DNA of 62,757 nt, filler included, from Sanchytrium tribonematis (Eukaryota), in the NCBI GenBank assembly GCA_018985235.1. It is 7 parts of 7 records of this genome, joined end to end, with 100 filler letters (N's around TTAATTAATTAA, not from the genome) between each part and the next. Parts side by side here need not be neighbours in the genome. Positions count along the whole stretch, not along the records: positions 1 to 5,657 come from JADGIG010000586.1; positions 5,758 to 11,409 come from JADGIG010000587.1; positions 11,510 to 39,904 come from JADGIG010000057.1; 4 more parts are not named here. One strand, 5' to 3'. The translations under genes and the position numbers were made by a program. Numbering within the stretch: the first letter of the stretch is position 1; each line of letters starts with the position of its first letter. Shown here in pieces: positions 1 to 11,632 of the stretch. The notes under the pieces are model-generated. The model saw only the letters and a list, made by a program, of their open reading frames with translations, was not told where the DNA came from and ran no database searches.

Positions 1-123
1 CTCATGATGATTTTATAACTAATATAAATAGTAATTTGGGCTCTGCAATATCGCCTCACACAGCCAATATGTTTGTGAGTACCGATGTAGGTGCCAAAAT
101 CAAAATTAGGGAAGCAAAATAAA

Positions 124-1200
124 TTACTGCGTCTTGCACTCATTAACTTCTGGTTCCTCAATTTTTTGTCTCTTATTCGGCGAATCTTCATCATCGGTTT
201 TTCGAAGCATCTCAATCAGTTTTTCCTGTGCTTCCTTGCATTGATTGAGAGACTTAAGGTGCCTTTGTCTTAAGTTGGAGCACTCCAGGTTTAATTCATG
301 AACTTGTTTGTGAAGCATCCTATTTACCAACTCATGTTTATGCCCATAACCACTGCTCAAATAGTTTAATTCCCCATTGGGTAGTTTATCCTCTTTAAAA
401 ACTACCATTTCATCAATTTTGACTAGCTTGAGCTCGTCTAATGAAGTCGAGAGATCTAAAACTTTCATTTCTAGATCGTAAACTTCTTGATTGGATTTCA
501 TGGAATAAAGAGATTGTTGAGACCGCAGATGGCGGTATTGCCTCAGCAACTTATTATATTTTTGGCTCAATTCTAGTCTTTGATCCTCCAATTCGCTATA
601 TAATGTCGTGGTTTCTGTTCCATTGGGAATCTCAAGCATTTCCATCGAATCATCCATTTCATGTAAGTTGCCATATTGTTGTAGTTCTTTAATTTGCTTT
701 TCATACTCGTTAATTTTTTCATTCAACAAATCAATTTTAGTGTTCATCGCGGCTACTTCTTGATCATGGTGAGATATCATAGCGGATTTCTCATTTTTTA
801 AGTTTTCCAACTCCAAATTCGACTGATTCAGCCGATTTTGGAAGTCATCCACTACATTTTGCACACCACTTTCATGCTTTTGGTTAGAAAGCTTGAGATT
901 TTGCAACTCCTCAATTTTCTCATTCAATTTGGCTAGATCATTGTTTTTTTCAATTTGTACATTTTCCTTGTATTTTTCAAAGTCCTCGGATAGCTCCTGA
1001 TATTGAGATTTTAATGCAGTATTCTCAGATTTGTACTTTAACAATTCTCTTTCAGTTTTTTCCAAATTAGCTTGATATTTCGAATTCTTTTTGAGCAATT
1101 CATTGTTTTCTTTGTTACTTCCAATTTTAGGATGGATTGCTTGTTTTTCTAATGACTCTATTCTTTCAATCAACTTTTGACGAGTCCATCCATTAAACAT
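124..1200 (-). CDS. Coiled-coil protein, Spindly-like dynein adaptor with C-terminal CaaX motif
   Basis: Long coiled coil; TTLYSELEDQRLEL resembles Spindly NSLFAEVEDRR; ends in CKTQ*. Confidence 0.5.
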   Translation of the reverse strand: MFNGWTRQKLIERIESLEKQAIHPKIGSNKENNELLKKNSKYQANLEKTERELLKYKSENTALKSQYQELSEDFEKYKENVQIEKNNDLAKLNEKIEELQNLKLSNQKHESGVQNVVDDFQNRLNQSNLELENLKNEKSAMISHHDQEVAAMNTKIDLLNEKINEYEKQIKELQQYGNLHEMDDSMEMLEIPNGTETTTLYSELEDQRLELSQKYNKLLRQYRHLRSQQSLYSMKSNQEVYDLEMKVLDLSTSLDELKLVKIDEMVVFKEDKLPNGELNYLSSGYGHKHELVNRMLHKQVHELNLECSNLRQRHLKSLNQCKEAQEKLIEMLRKTDDEDSPNKRQKIEEPEVNECKTQ

Positions 1201-1245
1201 TCTAAAGCAAAAGGAGAAATTGTTATTTATTATTTTAAAAATGCT

Positions 1246-3916
1246 TTAGCTTAGTATGAATTTTGAAATCCCAAATAAGAGAATAAACACAATTATAAAC
1301 AAGGACGCAATTAAGTATTGTGTCATTGAAGTGCCCATATCGAGCCACGATCCCTCAGTTTTGATTTCAAAGAAGAATCTAATTGTTGTCAAATCCGAAA
1401 ATGCAATCGCTAGTAGATAAACGACAATTGGCTCAATTTTCCAGGATAGAGATATGGTGTATATGGTCAATGAAGACAAAATAAATGGAATAAGAATTTT
1501 GATCATCAGTAGAACACCCATCAGAAATGGGTCAAATTTTGTAGTAAATCGATATATCGATTCTAAAGAAAAGCTTCCAAAGCTTGCTATATTACCAATT
1601 GCAAAAAAACTTGCGTAGACTAACAATAACAAAAGCATTGCCAGTCTTAAATATAGTCTTGACTTGAGTGAAGAAGACTCACCTTTTTCTGAATAACTCT
1701 TTGATGCGTCTCGTTCAATTTGGAATAAGAAAAATAATGATAAAAATAGAGTGCCAAAGAATGCAGGCTCAAATTTTAAACTTAACAGTATGTAAATCGG
1801 CAAAAGACTTAAATAAATATTTAAGATTCTCTCTATCAAAGATACGTTACTTAATTTGCAAGACAATACAGTGATAATTGGAACTAGCAACGATAGCCAG
1901 CTAATGTATTTTTGATCTGAATTATTTGTTAAATATATTGAGATGAAAATGCAAACAAACTGGATTTTGGATATATTTTTACAGGAATTAGAAACCCTAA
2001 CAAACTTCATCGTAAAAACGCCACAAAGGCAAGCATAAATCGAGGACAAATTTCTATATTAAGAAAAATTACAAGTAATTTTGATCAATGTCGGATTGTA
2101 ATGGCAAAGTCGGAAATATTGAAAAAATTAAACATGCTCCGCAGAATATCGCAGTTTCTTTTTTTTGAGAGAACAGTAGCATCATAGGACCTAAGACGAG
2201 GTAAAAGTATGATATCGTGGTGCTATCTAAATACGATTGAGAAAGAGCAGCAACCCAAATTCCGCAAAATAAAATCTCCAAGAAATTCTTCAAGTCGAGT
2301 AGCTGCTTAATATTATGCCTCAAAGGTATCAAAATTGTCAGTAACGTCGCGATCAAAAGTATGTACATTGAAAATGACCAAGTTTCCGCTCTTAGACAAA
2401 TAAATAGAACAGTGACTGTCCAAAGAGTAATAGCAATATCTAAATCTTTATCACTGGCTTGTAGTTCTCCTATTGTGAGGTATTTCAATAACGTGCAGAG
2501 CATATAAATGATGTAGCCTGCGGTTATCAAAAGTTGAACTAGGCTTTTGTCATAGGTTTGATAATACTGTATTCCTTCCTTAACTGATTCTATCGATTGC
2601 AGCGTCTCAAAAATCGTTGAAGTTGTATTACTGGATAAAGAATGTGGTTTGAATTGCCAAAATCGAAGCCCAATACGTTTTTGTGTTTCCTTGTGAAGAT
2701 AAAGTGATTTCAATTGATTATAATTATCTATTAAAGCATTCAATCGTTTCTTTTTAGGAAGTAACTTGATAGGCACAACTCCCAAATTATTACTAGGAAC
2801 TGATGAGCCCAAAAGAATACCAATCAACGAAGCAATATCTATTTGATTTATACTTGTAGGTTGGGGAATGGATTTCGCAGTTATGTCATATTGTAATTTA
2901 TGGTCAAGAAGCCAACTTTCGTAAAAATCGAAATGTTTTTGCAATTCATGATCTGAATCAAAAATATCAGGTGAAATATTGCTACCCCAAATAACAAATG
3001 GTGTTTTAATGTTGTGTGGATCCGAGTCTCCATGAGAGCCTCTGTCAGACATGCCATGGTCAGCGGTATATATCCATGTAGTTTCATGATCTATTTTTTG
3101 AAATTCCTCGGCAGATTCTGTTGTACCATAAAATTCATTAAACAGTACCTCAATTTCTTCTAAATAAGCATCGACTTGTTTAACAGTATTTATATATTCC
3201 TTCGAATGTGGTCTGAAAGCATGACCAGCAGAATCAACCCCACAAAAATGAAAGAAAAACAGACTCTGGTGATACAGTTGAGTTTTTAAAGTCTCATTTG
3301 TCTCAGCTTTTTTGAATAAATTAAATACTCCATCGCGAACAAATTTGTTCATTTTCAAATAATCAGACTTGAAATCATATTCAGGGAATCCATCTATGTA
3401 GTGTTTATGATCTTGCCCTATCAAATGTCCATTAATAAGAGAAAGTTGCAAATGTGGTACATAGGTATGAGTAATTCCAAGATCACCAAAAAGATAAGCG
3501 TTAGTATTATTTAAAACGCAATCTACCTCTACTGGATTTTTGCTCCAACCACGAAGGACCGCACTGGGATCTTCTGTAATCCCACAAAAAATTGACATGT
3601 GCCCAGGTCTTGATTCTGTGGGTGCTTTACAAATACTGGTGCCATAGGCTCCTTTAAATATTTTAGAAAATACAAATGGCGAAATGATGTCACTTCCATT
3701 GTTAAAATGTGGATCATAGAATGTATCATGTCTCAAACCGTCTGCAATTGCCACTACAACTCTTTTTGATTGTTTGTTTTCTAACGGAATTGGCGGTATA
3801 TTGACAATGGGCGAAACGAAATAAATATCAAATATAGATAAAGCAAAAAGGATGTGGAGTATGATGCCAAGTGTGATCCATGACATGGAATTTGCCATCT
3901 TTAATAAATGATACAA
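1246..3916 (-). CDS. MCD4: GPI ethanolamine phosphate transferase 1 (PIG-N/Mcd4), 2 exons
   Basis: ADGLR, PTESRPGH, TADHGMSDRGSHG motifs and multi-TM C-terminus; ORFs joined in frame by intron 2054-2072; start may be 3898. Confidence 0.92.
2054..2072 (-). other. 19-nt spliceosomal intron (MCD4)
   Basis: gtaatttttcttaatatag; removal gives ...QNYLNLSSIY in frame. Confidence 0.85.
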
Positions 3917-4004
3917 AGGAGAAGCAACAAGAAATTAGCAAGTGCTTATGAGCTCGCAAAATCCAATTATTTAATAAGTTGACAATTGATTGCCCAAGAT
4001 AGAA

Positions 4005-4619
4005 TTAGTCTATTTTGAGGGATGCAACAATTTTGCTTTGAACATCTCCGAAATCAACCAATTTCGGCTCACCAAATACCTGAGTTTGAACGACTGATTG
4101 CAAAATTTGGGATTGGATGCCCAGGCTCAAGTCAAATACCATGTCGTTTATAACCAATTCACATTTGCCACTTTTTCGAACCTTGATTTCCCCTATGTGA
4201 CCATTTCCTTTCAATTTAGGAAGTGGTGGCATACTTAGGACATGAATTTGGTCAAAAAGGTCCTCAGAATTGGGATCATATCTATTAGTATTGTGTATCT
4301 TATGAAAATACTCCTTCAAAGGCATATCAGTCATCTCCAATTGTTTGTCAAATCTGAATTTAAGCAAGTCTATCTTTTCTTCCATCTTTGAGTCTTCTTG
4401 AAAATCCAATTTAACATCATCAATAGCCATTTGACTTTGAGAATAAACCTGTTTTTTATGATGCTTTTTATCTTCTAATTTTTTCATTCTATTTTCAAAT
4501 TCTTCTTTTCTATTCAATCGTTTTTCTTTCTGCTGCACACTAAGCTCTACATTTTCTACATTCCTTGGCTTAAATTTAGGTTTAAATTTAAATCCAGAAG
4601 GTGTATCTTCTGCAGTCAT
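4005..4619 (-). CDS. RPC53: RNA polymerase III subunit RPC4/RPC53-like
   Basis: N-terminal KFKPK; C-terminal GHIGEIKVRKSGKCELVINDMVFDLSLG. Confidence 0.75.
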   Translation of the reverse strand: MTAEDTPSGFKFKPKFKPRNVENVELSVQQKEKRLNRKEEFENRMKKLEDKKHHKKQVYSQSQMAIDDVKLDFQEDSKMEEKIDLLKFRFDKQLEMTDMPLKEYFHKIHNTNRYDPNSEDLFDQIHVLSMPPLPKLKGNGHIGEIKVRKSGKCELVINDMVFDLSLGIQSQILQSVVQTQVFGEPKLVDFGDVQSKIVASLKID

Positions 4620-4657
4620 TTATTTTGAAATGAATGCGTTCCCCTTTTTGACCAAAT

Positions 4658-5053
4658 TTATTGTCTCAATTTGATGTGTCTTGGCATTACAACTCTACAA
4701 TAGTTGATATATTTGTCGATGCTATCTACAATTGGATGTATCATAGATGGCTTGACCATGTGCGAATTCTCTCTGGCCCGAATTGTGTGTAAGTTGTATA
4801 TTGGGGTATCCACAATTGCTTGAATGCCAATATAATTTTGATCACCAATTGGTGCATAGATACATGCACCTGAATCAATAAAATTATTGTTCCCAATATT
4901 TGCCTGTACAATGGTATATTCAGAAATAACATTATTTTCTCCAATAATTATTGGACTAGGACCAGATATTCTAGCAGTTGGATGAACAATGCAATTGTTG
5001 CCAATGGTAACATTGCTTCCTATTGAAGCGTCTGCTGAAATTATTTTTGACAT
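4658..5053 (-). CDS. DCTN6: Dynactin subunit 6 (p27), left-handed beta-helix
   Basis: IGNNCIVHPTARI..PIIIGENNVISE hexapeptide repeats. Confidence 0.7.
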   Translation of the reverse strand: MSKIISADASIGSNVTIGNNCIVHPTARISGPSPIIIGENNVISEYTIVQANIGNNNFIDSGACIYAPIGDQNYIGIQAIVDTPIYNLHTIRARENSHMVKPSMIHPIVDSIDKYINYCRVVMPRHIKLRQ

Positions 5054-5075
5054 GTTAGAAAAATTTATTTAGGCC

Positions 5076-5657
5076 CTATAATGACTTTACAAAATCTATA
5101 AAATCTGATATTTTCTCAAGAGACTTTACGCCACGCTCTATTTCAACACCACTGCTAGTGTCAACTCCAATGCAATTCGACGTTTCGATCGCCTCTTTAA
5201 CATTATCGATATTTAATCCACCAGCAAGAATGAATGGAATATTTTTGGGTAGGCAATCCCATTTTATAGTACAGCCACTACCTGGAGAGACACCGTCAAT
5301 AAGATACATAATAGGCTTTCTTTTACATGCGGATTCATATCTAGCGATCGACGAAGGGTCTTTTACCGCTTTTATAACAGGAACGCTAACTAAGTCTACA
5401 AAATCAAAGTTTTCTTCTCCATGTAATTGAACTATATCCAAATCACAAAGTTTTACAATTTCTTCTATGTGAGCAAGAGTTTGATTCATAAAAACACCCA
5501 CTTTAAACGGATTTTTTCCCCATAAGCAATCAGATCGCTTCCTTAAATCAATTCTTCTAGAGTGTTGTAAAATTGAGGTGTTTGAAGCCAGATTAAACGA
5601 CGCCACGATCGAGGGTTTGACATAGCGCGGCGACGATTCAACAAATACAAATCCAAT
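5076..5657 (-). CDS. TRP1: Phosphoribosylanthranilate isomerase domain (5' truncated by contig end)
   Basis: IGFVFVESSPRYV, VGVFMNQ, VQLHGEE, LAGGLN, GVDTSSGVE; frame open to the linker. Confidence 0.9.
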   Translation of the reverse strand: MGFVFVESSPRYVKPSIVASFNLASNTSILQHSRRIDLRKRSDCLWGKNPFKVGVFMNQTLAHIEEIVKLCDLDIVQLHGEENFDFVDLVSVPVIKAVKDPSSIARYESACKRKPIMYLIDGVSPGSGCTIKWDCLPKNIPFILAGGLNIDNVKEAIETSNCIGVDTSSGVEIERGVKSLEKISDFIDFVKSL

Positions 5658-5757
5658 NNNNNNNNNNNNNNNNNNNNNNNNNNNNNNNNNNNNNNNNNNN
5701 NTTAATTAATTAANNNNNNNNNNNNNNNNNNNNNNNNNNNNNNNNNNNNNNNNNNNN
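5658..5757. other. Artificial contig linker
   Basis: N-run + TTAATTAATTAA (stops in six frames) + N-run, 100 nt. Confidence 0.97.
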
Positions 5758-6034
5758 TGTGAGCATTTATACAAATCTGGTTGTTTACTGTCACTTTCAA
5801 CTTTGGCTTTATATCCTTGTTTATGATTTGATCGCTTTCCTTTTGGACCATTTTCATAAGTTTTATGAGTCTTTTCTTCTCTTTTGCTGTGATTGTCTCG
5901 ATTTCTATTGCCATAGAATCCTTGACATGATTTAACAACAACCAGATGATGATGAAGCACAAGAAAGAGAAAGAATTACTTCACTTTTATATGAAATTAC
6001 TCAAGGATTTACTATAGTAGAAGATTCTGAAATA

Positions 6035-6463
6035 GTGAAACAATTACGTCAAAATGGTTCTTTAATTTCACTTGATTACAATTACATTAAATCTCAATGT
6101 CCATTTATGGAATATCATCCCCAAGAAAGTCTCACAATGACTGAAAATGAGGTAAATTTAAAAGATTTATTTAAGATGATAAGTTTTGATAATAATGGCT
6201 CTGAGTTCTTCGCAATCATTAGCAATGAGACAAACAGGTACATGATGGATTGGTATAGAGATTCCATATGTTTGCGATGGCTGATCCTAGAGCAGGATAC
6301 GTTTACAACAGTAGCACTGGGTAGTACAAATGTGACAACTGCAATTATTTATAAAATTATTTCACAAACAAGTAATTTGAGCAATGAGCATGTAATTATT
6401 ACGGATAATTACTATTCTACACTTGAATTAGCAGCTATATTAGACAGAACTGATGGACTTTGA
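6035..6463 (+). pseudogene. piggyBac-like transposase fragment
   Basis: HVIITDNYYSTLELA resembles the piggyBac catalytic DNxxT/S motif; short and degenerate. Confidence 0.5.
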
Positions 6464-6797
6464 ACTTTAAATTTGCATTTTTTAATCTCTCAATCTCAGC
6501 ATTAACATCAAAAACAGAGTCGCTAACACTTAACTTTGGCTGATAGCCATATTGACGATGGGAAGGCATAAAAATGTTTTGAATTTCGTTGGAATTCATT
6601 TTACAGAACAATGTTTGAACGTGTGACGAGATACCGATGTATCTGTAATGGCTGAAAAAATCTGTACCGTCTCCCTTTTTGTACAATCCAATCAAATCAC
6701 TACATTTCAATAGATCGGGTGTTATACCCATTACAAGACACAAATTAAAATTTTTTAAAAGCATTTCTTTAAATGAGTTCGAGGCATCCCGCAACAT
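6435..6797 (-). pseudogene. Degenerate non-LTR reverse transcriptase N-terminal fragment
   Basis: GITPDLLKCSDLIGLYKKGD...HYRYIGI resembles LINE RT P..WK..I.PIYKKGD...NYRPISL. Confidence 0.6.
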
Positions 6798-6939
6798 CTC
6801 TGAATCTATTTCGTCAGATTTACTAGATTTGCCTTTGGAAAGTGATTTTAAGGCGTTCTTGAGGTTATAATAATATATTTATTAAGAAGTGCTGTGGAAT
6901 TATAATGACGAGTCACATTCCGGTGCAGTAATGAGTCAA

Positions 6940-9900
6940 TTATTGTCTTTGATATTGTAGAGTTGTCATTTTCTTCATTGATTTTAATTGATTAATAACA
7001 ACTGCTTCTCTGGTGCTCTTTAAATTAAAGTAAATTTCATCCCTGGTTTTATAGTCTTCTAAATTACATTCTTCTGTGAAATGATCTAGATTTTTGAATT
7101 CACGAAAACATTTAATACATACAGCTTTCTGCGCGCCCATTGATTTCCGTGGTAGTGATCCCGTAAGAAAGTCATCAATCAAATTTTGCAAATGAGAGGG
7201 GCTCTTTGATGCAAGACGGAGAAGAGTCGAATCACTCTTAAAGTTGCTGGCTCTCAAGTTGTTTGGCTGATTGTCCCAATATTGCCTCATCACATCCAAA
7301 TTATCTGCTTTGACAGCCTTTTTATCCACAAAATCCATAGGAATCACAGACATTCCGATTGAATGCAAACAGTTTTGACTGGTAGACATGGTACATATCC
7401 ATGTAGTTATTAATATATTGATGGTAGCGGTACTTGTTTTTATGGATCAGTTTTATCATTTTTACGCGATGGTCTTCAAGTTTTTCAATTCCTTCCATCG
7501 AATAATTCTCAATCGAGTAGGTATATATGGGAATGAGTACAGAGTTGTAGAACAGTTTAAAGGCAGATTTAAAGCAGAGATACTTCTTAGTCCATGCAAT
7601 TGTTTTAATCGCCAGTTCAGCTTTTTGGAGTTTTGCAGCCACATCATTTATAAAATCAATACCATCAGCCGATAACAGCACTCCAAGATACTTCATATTA
7701 TGCTGCTTGCCAATGACACATCCAGATCTCAGTGTAATACTAGCAATAAATTGATTTGATGTAATATATTGATATTTATGTGGATTAATGCGGAAACCAT
7801 GAATAGAGAGTGCTGTTGAGATATTATCAGTAATATTCTTCAGAATGGCATTGGATTTAGCCACAATTATGCAGTCATCCGCGTAAAAGAAAAAGGAGTA
7901 ATTCTCAGTATTTGGAAATAATGTCATGATCTTGTCTAGAACAAATGCAAAAAGCATAGGAGATAGAGTACCCCCTTGTGGTGTACCTCTCTCAAATGCA
8001 ATTGATGTCCTATTTAGATCACGAGGTAGATTAAATCTTTGACCACAAATTATTGTCTTTAGCAAATTAAGATCATGATCAACAAGGACAGAAGAAAGAT
8101 GAGTATAAATATCACAGTGACGCATCATATCAAATGCACTTGATAAGTCCAGAGCAATTGCATGAACTTCACCCGTTTCTTGTTTAAATTCTTTCATTTT
8201 TTCTAACACGGATTTGATTTGTGTGCTGCAGGATCTCTGTTGAGTAAATCCATGTTGGCGGACAGACGGGAATAAAAGGAATCTATAGTGGTTGTAATAT
8301 AGAAGCTTTTGATATGTCTTGAAGGCAATACTGATAAGATTGATGGGGCGATACCTTCCCGCCTCAGAAGTGTTGCCAGACTTGAATATCTCGACCATGC
8401 TAGATACTTCCCAAGAAGATGGCACTGTTCATTCCAGATAGCAACGTATTATAAGGTGATGAAGTATGGTATACCCAATATCAGGTAGATGTTTGTAAGG
8501 CAGACTTGGAAGAGTATCGCCACTAATTTTAGTTGAGTTGGTATGTTTAAAGGTGGAGGTTACAGCGTCTAAATTAAATATACTGTTGGCTATGTTCAAT
8601 GTAGCGGGAGTAATGGCCGTCGCATGTGTTGGCCAATTTCTTTCATTTGATGAGAAATGATTTCGTTGAAATTGAATGGCATCTGCCAGGTCACACTTGG
8701 TCATAATTGTGTTTCTATTAGCAGATCTTCGTAGCCGCCACATCTCAATAAACGCTTTACTCGCATTTCCAGTGGAATTTTGAAGATATTCTTGAAAAGA
8801 ATTTCTATCAGATTCTCCCTTGTTCTTTCTCATTTTATTAGTTATTACTTTGATCTGAAGCTTTAATCGTGCTCTCTTTCCGTTACTAATATTACGCTTA
8901 TTTAGTTTGCGCTTCATTTTATCTTTTCTTCTTTGAAGTGAGTCTTGTTGGCGATCAAACTCATTTTCATACCTCGAGTCCGTAATTTTAATGGTACCAA
9001 GCTCTTTGGCAGCTGTTTTTTCGCAAATACGTGTGAAGTGCTCCCAAATTTCATCAATCGAGTGGTTTTGAATATTATTGTTTAATTTTTCAAACTTTGA
9101 TTTAATTTGAAGTTTCCATTGGTCTTTCTTGTGATTATCAGATTTCAGTAAATTCCATCTAATATTGCCCATAATTGATAGTGGTGCATCTAAGACCTTC
9201 TCAATCAATATGGGGAAATGATCACTGGCAGTAAAAATATTTCGCAGGATGAATACCTCGCTTGTTAAGGCAATATCCAGCTGATGACACCAAACCTGAT
9301 CATTGATACGACTTCCTTGCTTCATTGTAGATTCAAAAGGAGTGTTTTTACAGACATATGAGTTTTCAGCCATTAAAGCTGCAAAGTATCTACCAGATCT
9401 ATCATGGCTATTTTCTAAAGATTGGATGACCATATTGACATCCCCAATAAACAACGATTTATTGTTAAATCCGATTCTCATTTCATCCACTATGGGATCT
9501 AATCGATTTTTATATCTGGGCGGGATGTATGTGAATGAAAAAGCATGATTATGAATCTTAATGGTGTGTATAAACTTTGTATGATTATTAACAATACATA
9601 CATCCTCAATTGGACGTAATATGTAGACAGCCTGTCTATCACATTCCAATTCTCCATGAAACTTTAAGAGGGAATAATTTGGCAATTTGATATCTTTGGG
9701 AGCTCTATATTCAGTAATATGTATAATATGTGGATTGTTTGCATCAATTAGTCGATGGATTTCACCCTCCAATTGCCCTGACCGGGACCCTCTTCCATTA
9801 TAAGAAATCACTCTAAATCTGTCATGTTGATCAGCTACTGAGCATTCAGAGCTTAAATACTCCTCTTGAGCACCACCTCGCAACTTCAATAGTAATGTAA

Positions 9901-11409
9901 CACTATTAACATACTCATCTAATTTTTCAAATGGCTTCAGATCGCGATTTCTAGCAATAAATCGTGTGTCATTTAAATCGAATTTGTATCCAATTCTGCC
10001 CAATTGATAGACTAGATCACGCATACGAGGTACTCTATAAGTATACAAAGGTATTGTTGACTCATTAGGTAGCTTAATAAAGACAAGTCTATTCAATTTG
10101 GGTTTCTTGAAAATTGATCTGCAAGGGTCAAAGAATTCTCTCTTGCGTTTATTAGAGGAGCAGGATTGTGGTGCATTCAATGTATTTATTGATTGATAAT
10201 GCTTTTGTATCCATCTCTGCTCCTCTAATTTAATATATAAATACTTGATAATCTCTCTTGAGTAGTAAATAGCAATGTCAATGATTTGAGTACCCGGGAT
10301 GGTCAATATTTTGTGATACTTATCAATCATTACAGTATCACCTGATCCTAAATCATATTCAATTGATTCATATTGAATTTCAGCATTTGGGCAATTAAAG
10401 ATTTTCTCCATTTCAGAGGTAATGGTTGCATTTTTATCGGTAATAATCACTCTCACTGGTTCATAGACAACATCATACGTATCCGGGTTGACAAAACTGA
10501 TATTAAAATTGTACTTTTTGGGCAATTTAATTTCATCCAAATTCACTGCTAAATGAGGATCCCACATTGATGATGCTGCTACTCTCACTACTGTCAGATG
10601 ACGTATCTGGAGCATCTAATGTCAGTTTACGACTCGATATGGCACTGCTAACTTTAGATTTGTCTCTTTTAAATCTATTGACAGAATATCCAAAACACTT
10701 GCTTTTAATGAGATCAGCTTGTCCAAACAAGCAGATTCGACTAAAATCATAGCAAGATGAGCTGTAATCAGAGTGATGGACATCAAATAAACTTTCCTCG
10801 TGCATTCTTTGGTAATTTGATATTGGTATTGGTATTGCATAGAAAAATAGAGGTGGAAAAGCTGATTTCCTCCAAATACTGACCATCCAAAATTTCATTC
10901 AATTTGATTGGATCATAAATATGCTTCCATTTGGGTACAACAGGTACTTTCAGAGTGAGCTCATTCATGTCACTGAATGTATATTCATTAATAAATTCAC
11001 TTCCTCTTACCAATCCATATAAAATCAAAGATGGGGCACGCACTGAAACAATTTGATTAATCAATTTGTTAAGAGTAAACACTCTTTTAGCAACTGGCAA
11101 ACCAACAAAAGAAGAGTGATTATTCGTGTCCAGTCCGATTAATTGGTTTATCAATGTCTCTAGAAGTAGTTCAAAGTTCATTTCTGAAATTTCCGAGCAT
11201 CTGTTGAGTTCATTGGAAGTATGTTGTTCAGAAAGGGAATATGGAGATGTGCATCCAATGTGGGTATTTCCACTTGCCAACTGACTAATTAAAACCTCAT
11301 AAGACTTGATGTGATCTTCATTTGGGCAAATAAATTGAAATCCTTCTTCTTTCAACTTTAAAAGTAATTGTAGGAATTCAGATTCATTTTTGATCTTTGT
11401 TGTGATCTT
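6940..11409 (-). mobile_element. Degenerate non-LTR retrotransposon: unknown N-terminal region, ubiquitin-like domain, AP endonuclease, RT, CCHC knuckle
   Basis: APE motifs SYNGRG, TE, YIPP, GDVN, SDHFPI; RT motifs YRPINL, QHGF, LDLSSAFD, GTPQGGTLSP, YADD, KYLG; CIKC..H....C; in-frame TGA at 8429-8431 and probable frameshifts near 7330-7390, 10540 and 10790; 5' end cut by linker. Confidence 0.9.
9872..10090 (-). other. Ubiquitin-like domain within the retrotransposon ORF
   Basis: 73 aa RLVFIKLPNESTIPL...DTRFIARNRDLKPFEKLDEY...VTLLLKLRGG aligns by eye end to end with ubiquitin. Confidence 0.75.
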
Positions 11410-11509
11410 NNNNNNNNNNNNNNNNNNNNNNNNNNNNNNNNNNNNNNNNNNNNTTAATTAATTAANNNNNNNNNNNNNNNNNNNNNNNNNNNNNNNNNNN
11501 NNNNNNNNN
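11410..11509. other. Artificial contig linker
   Basis: Same 100-nt linker. Confidence 0.97.
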
Positions 11510-11632
11510 CTGGTCTATCTGGCTCAAATACCCACTGTGACGATATTTTAACACCAATTGTTAAATCAGTGCAAACCATATCAGAAATTGTATTTTCAAA
11601 GACAAGTGTAGATAAAAATTTCATGTTACAAA

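Noticed and set aside
124..5053. Spindly-like and dynactin p27 as a functional gene cluster
   Set aside because: Separated by unrelated PIG-N and RPC4; plausible by chance in so dense a genome
7322..7440. Tiny intron repairing the LINE C-terminal frameshift
   Set aside because: No 19/20-nt GT...TNAYNWAG segment found there
8429..8431. TGA readthrough or selenocysteine between APE and RT
   Set aside because: The position matches a typical Gly (GGA to TGA) and the element has other lesions, so decay is simpler
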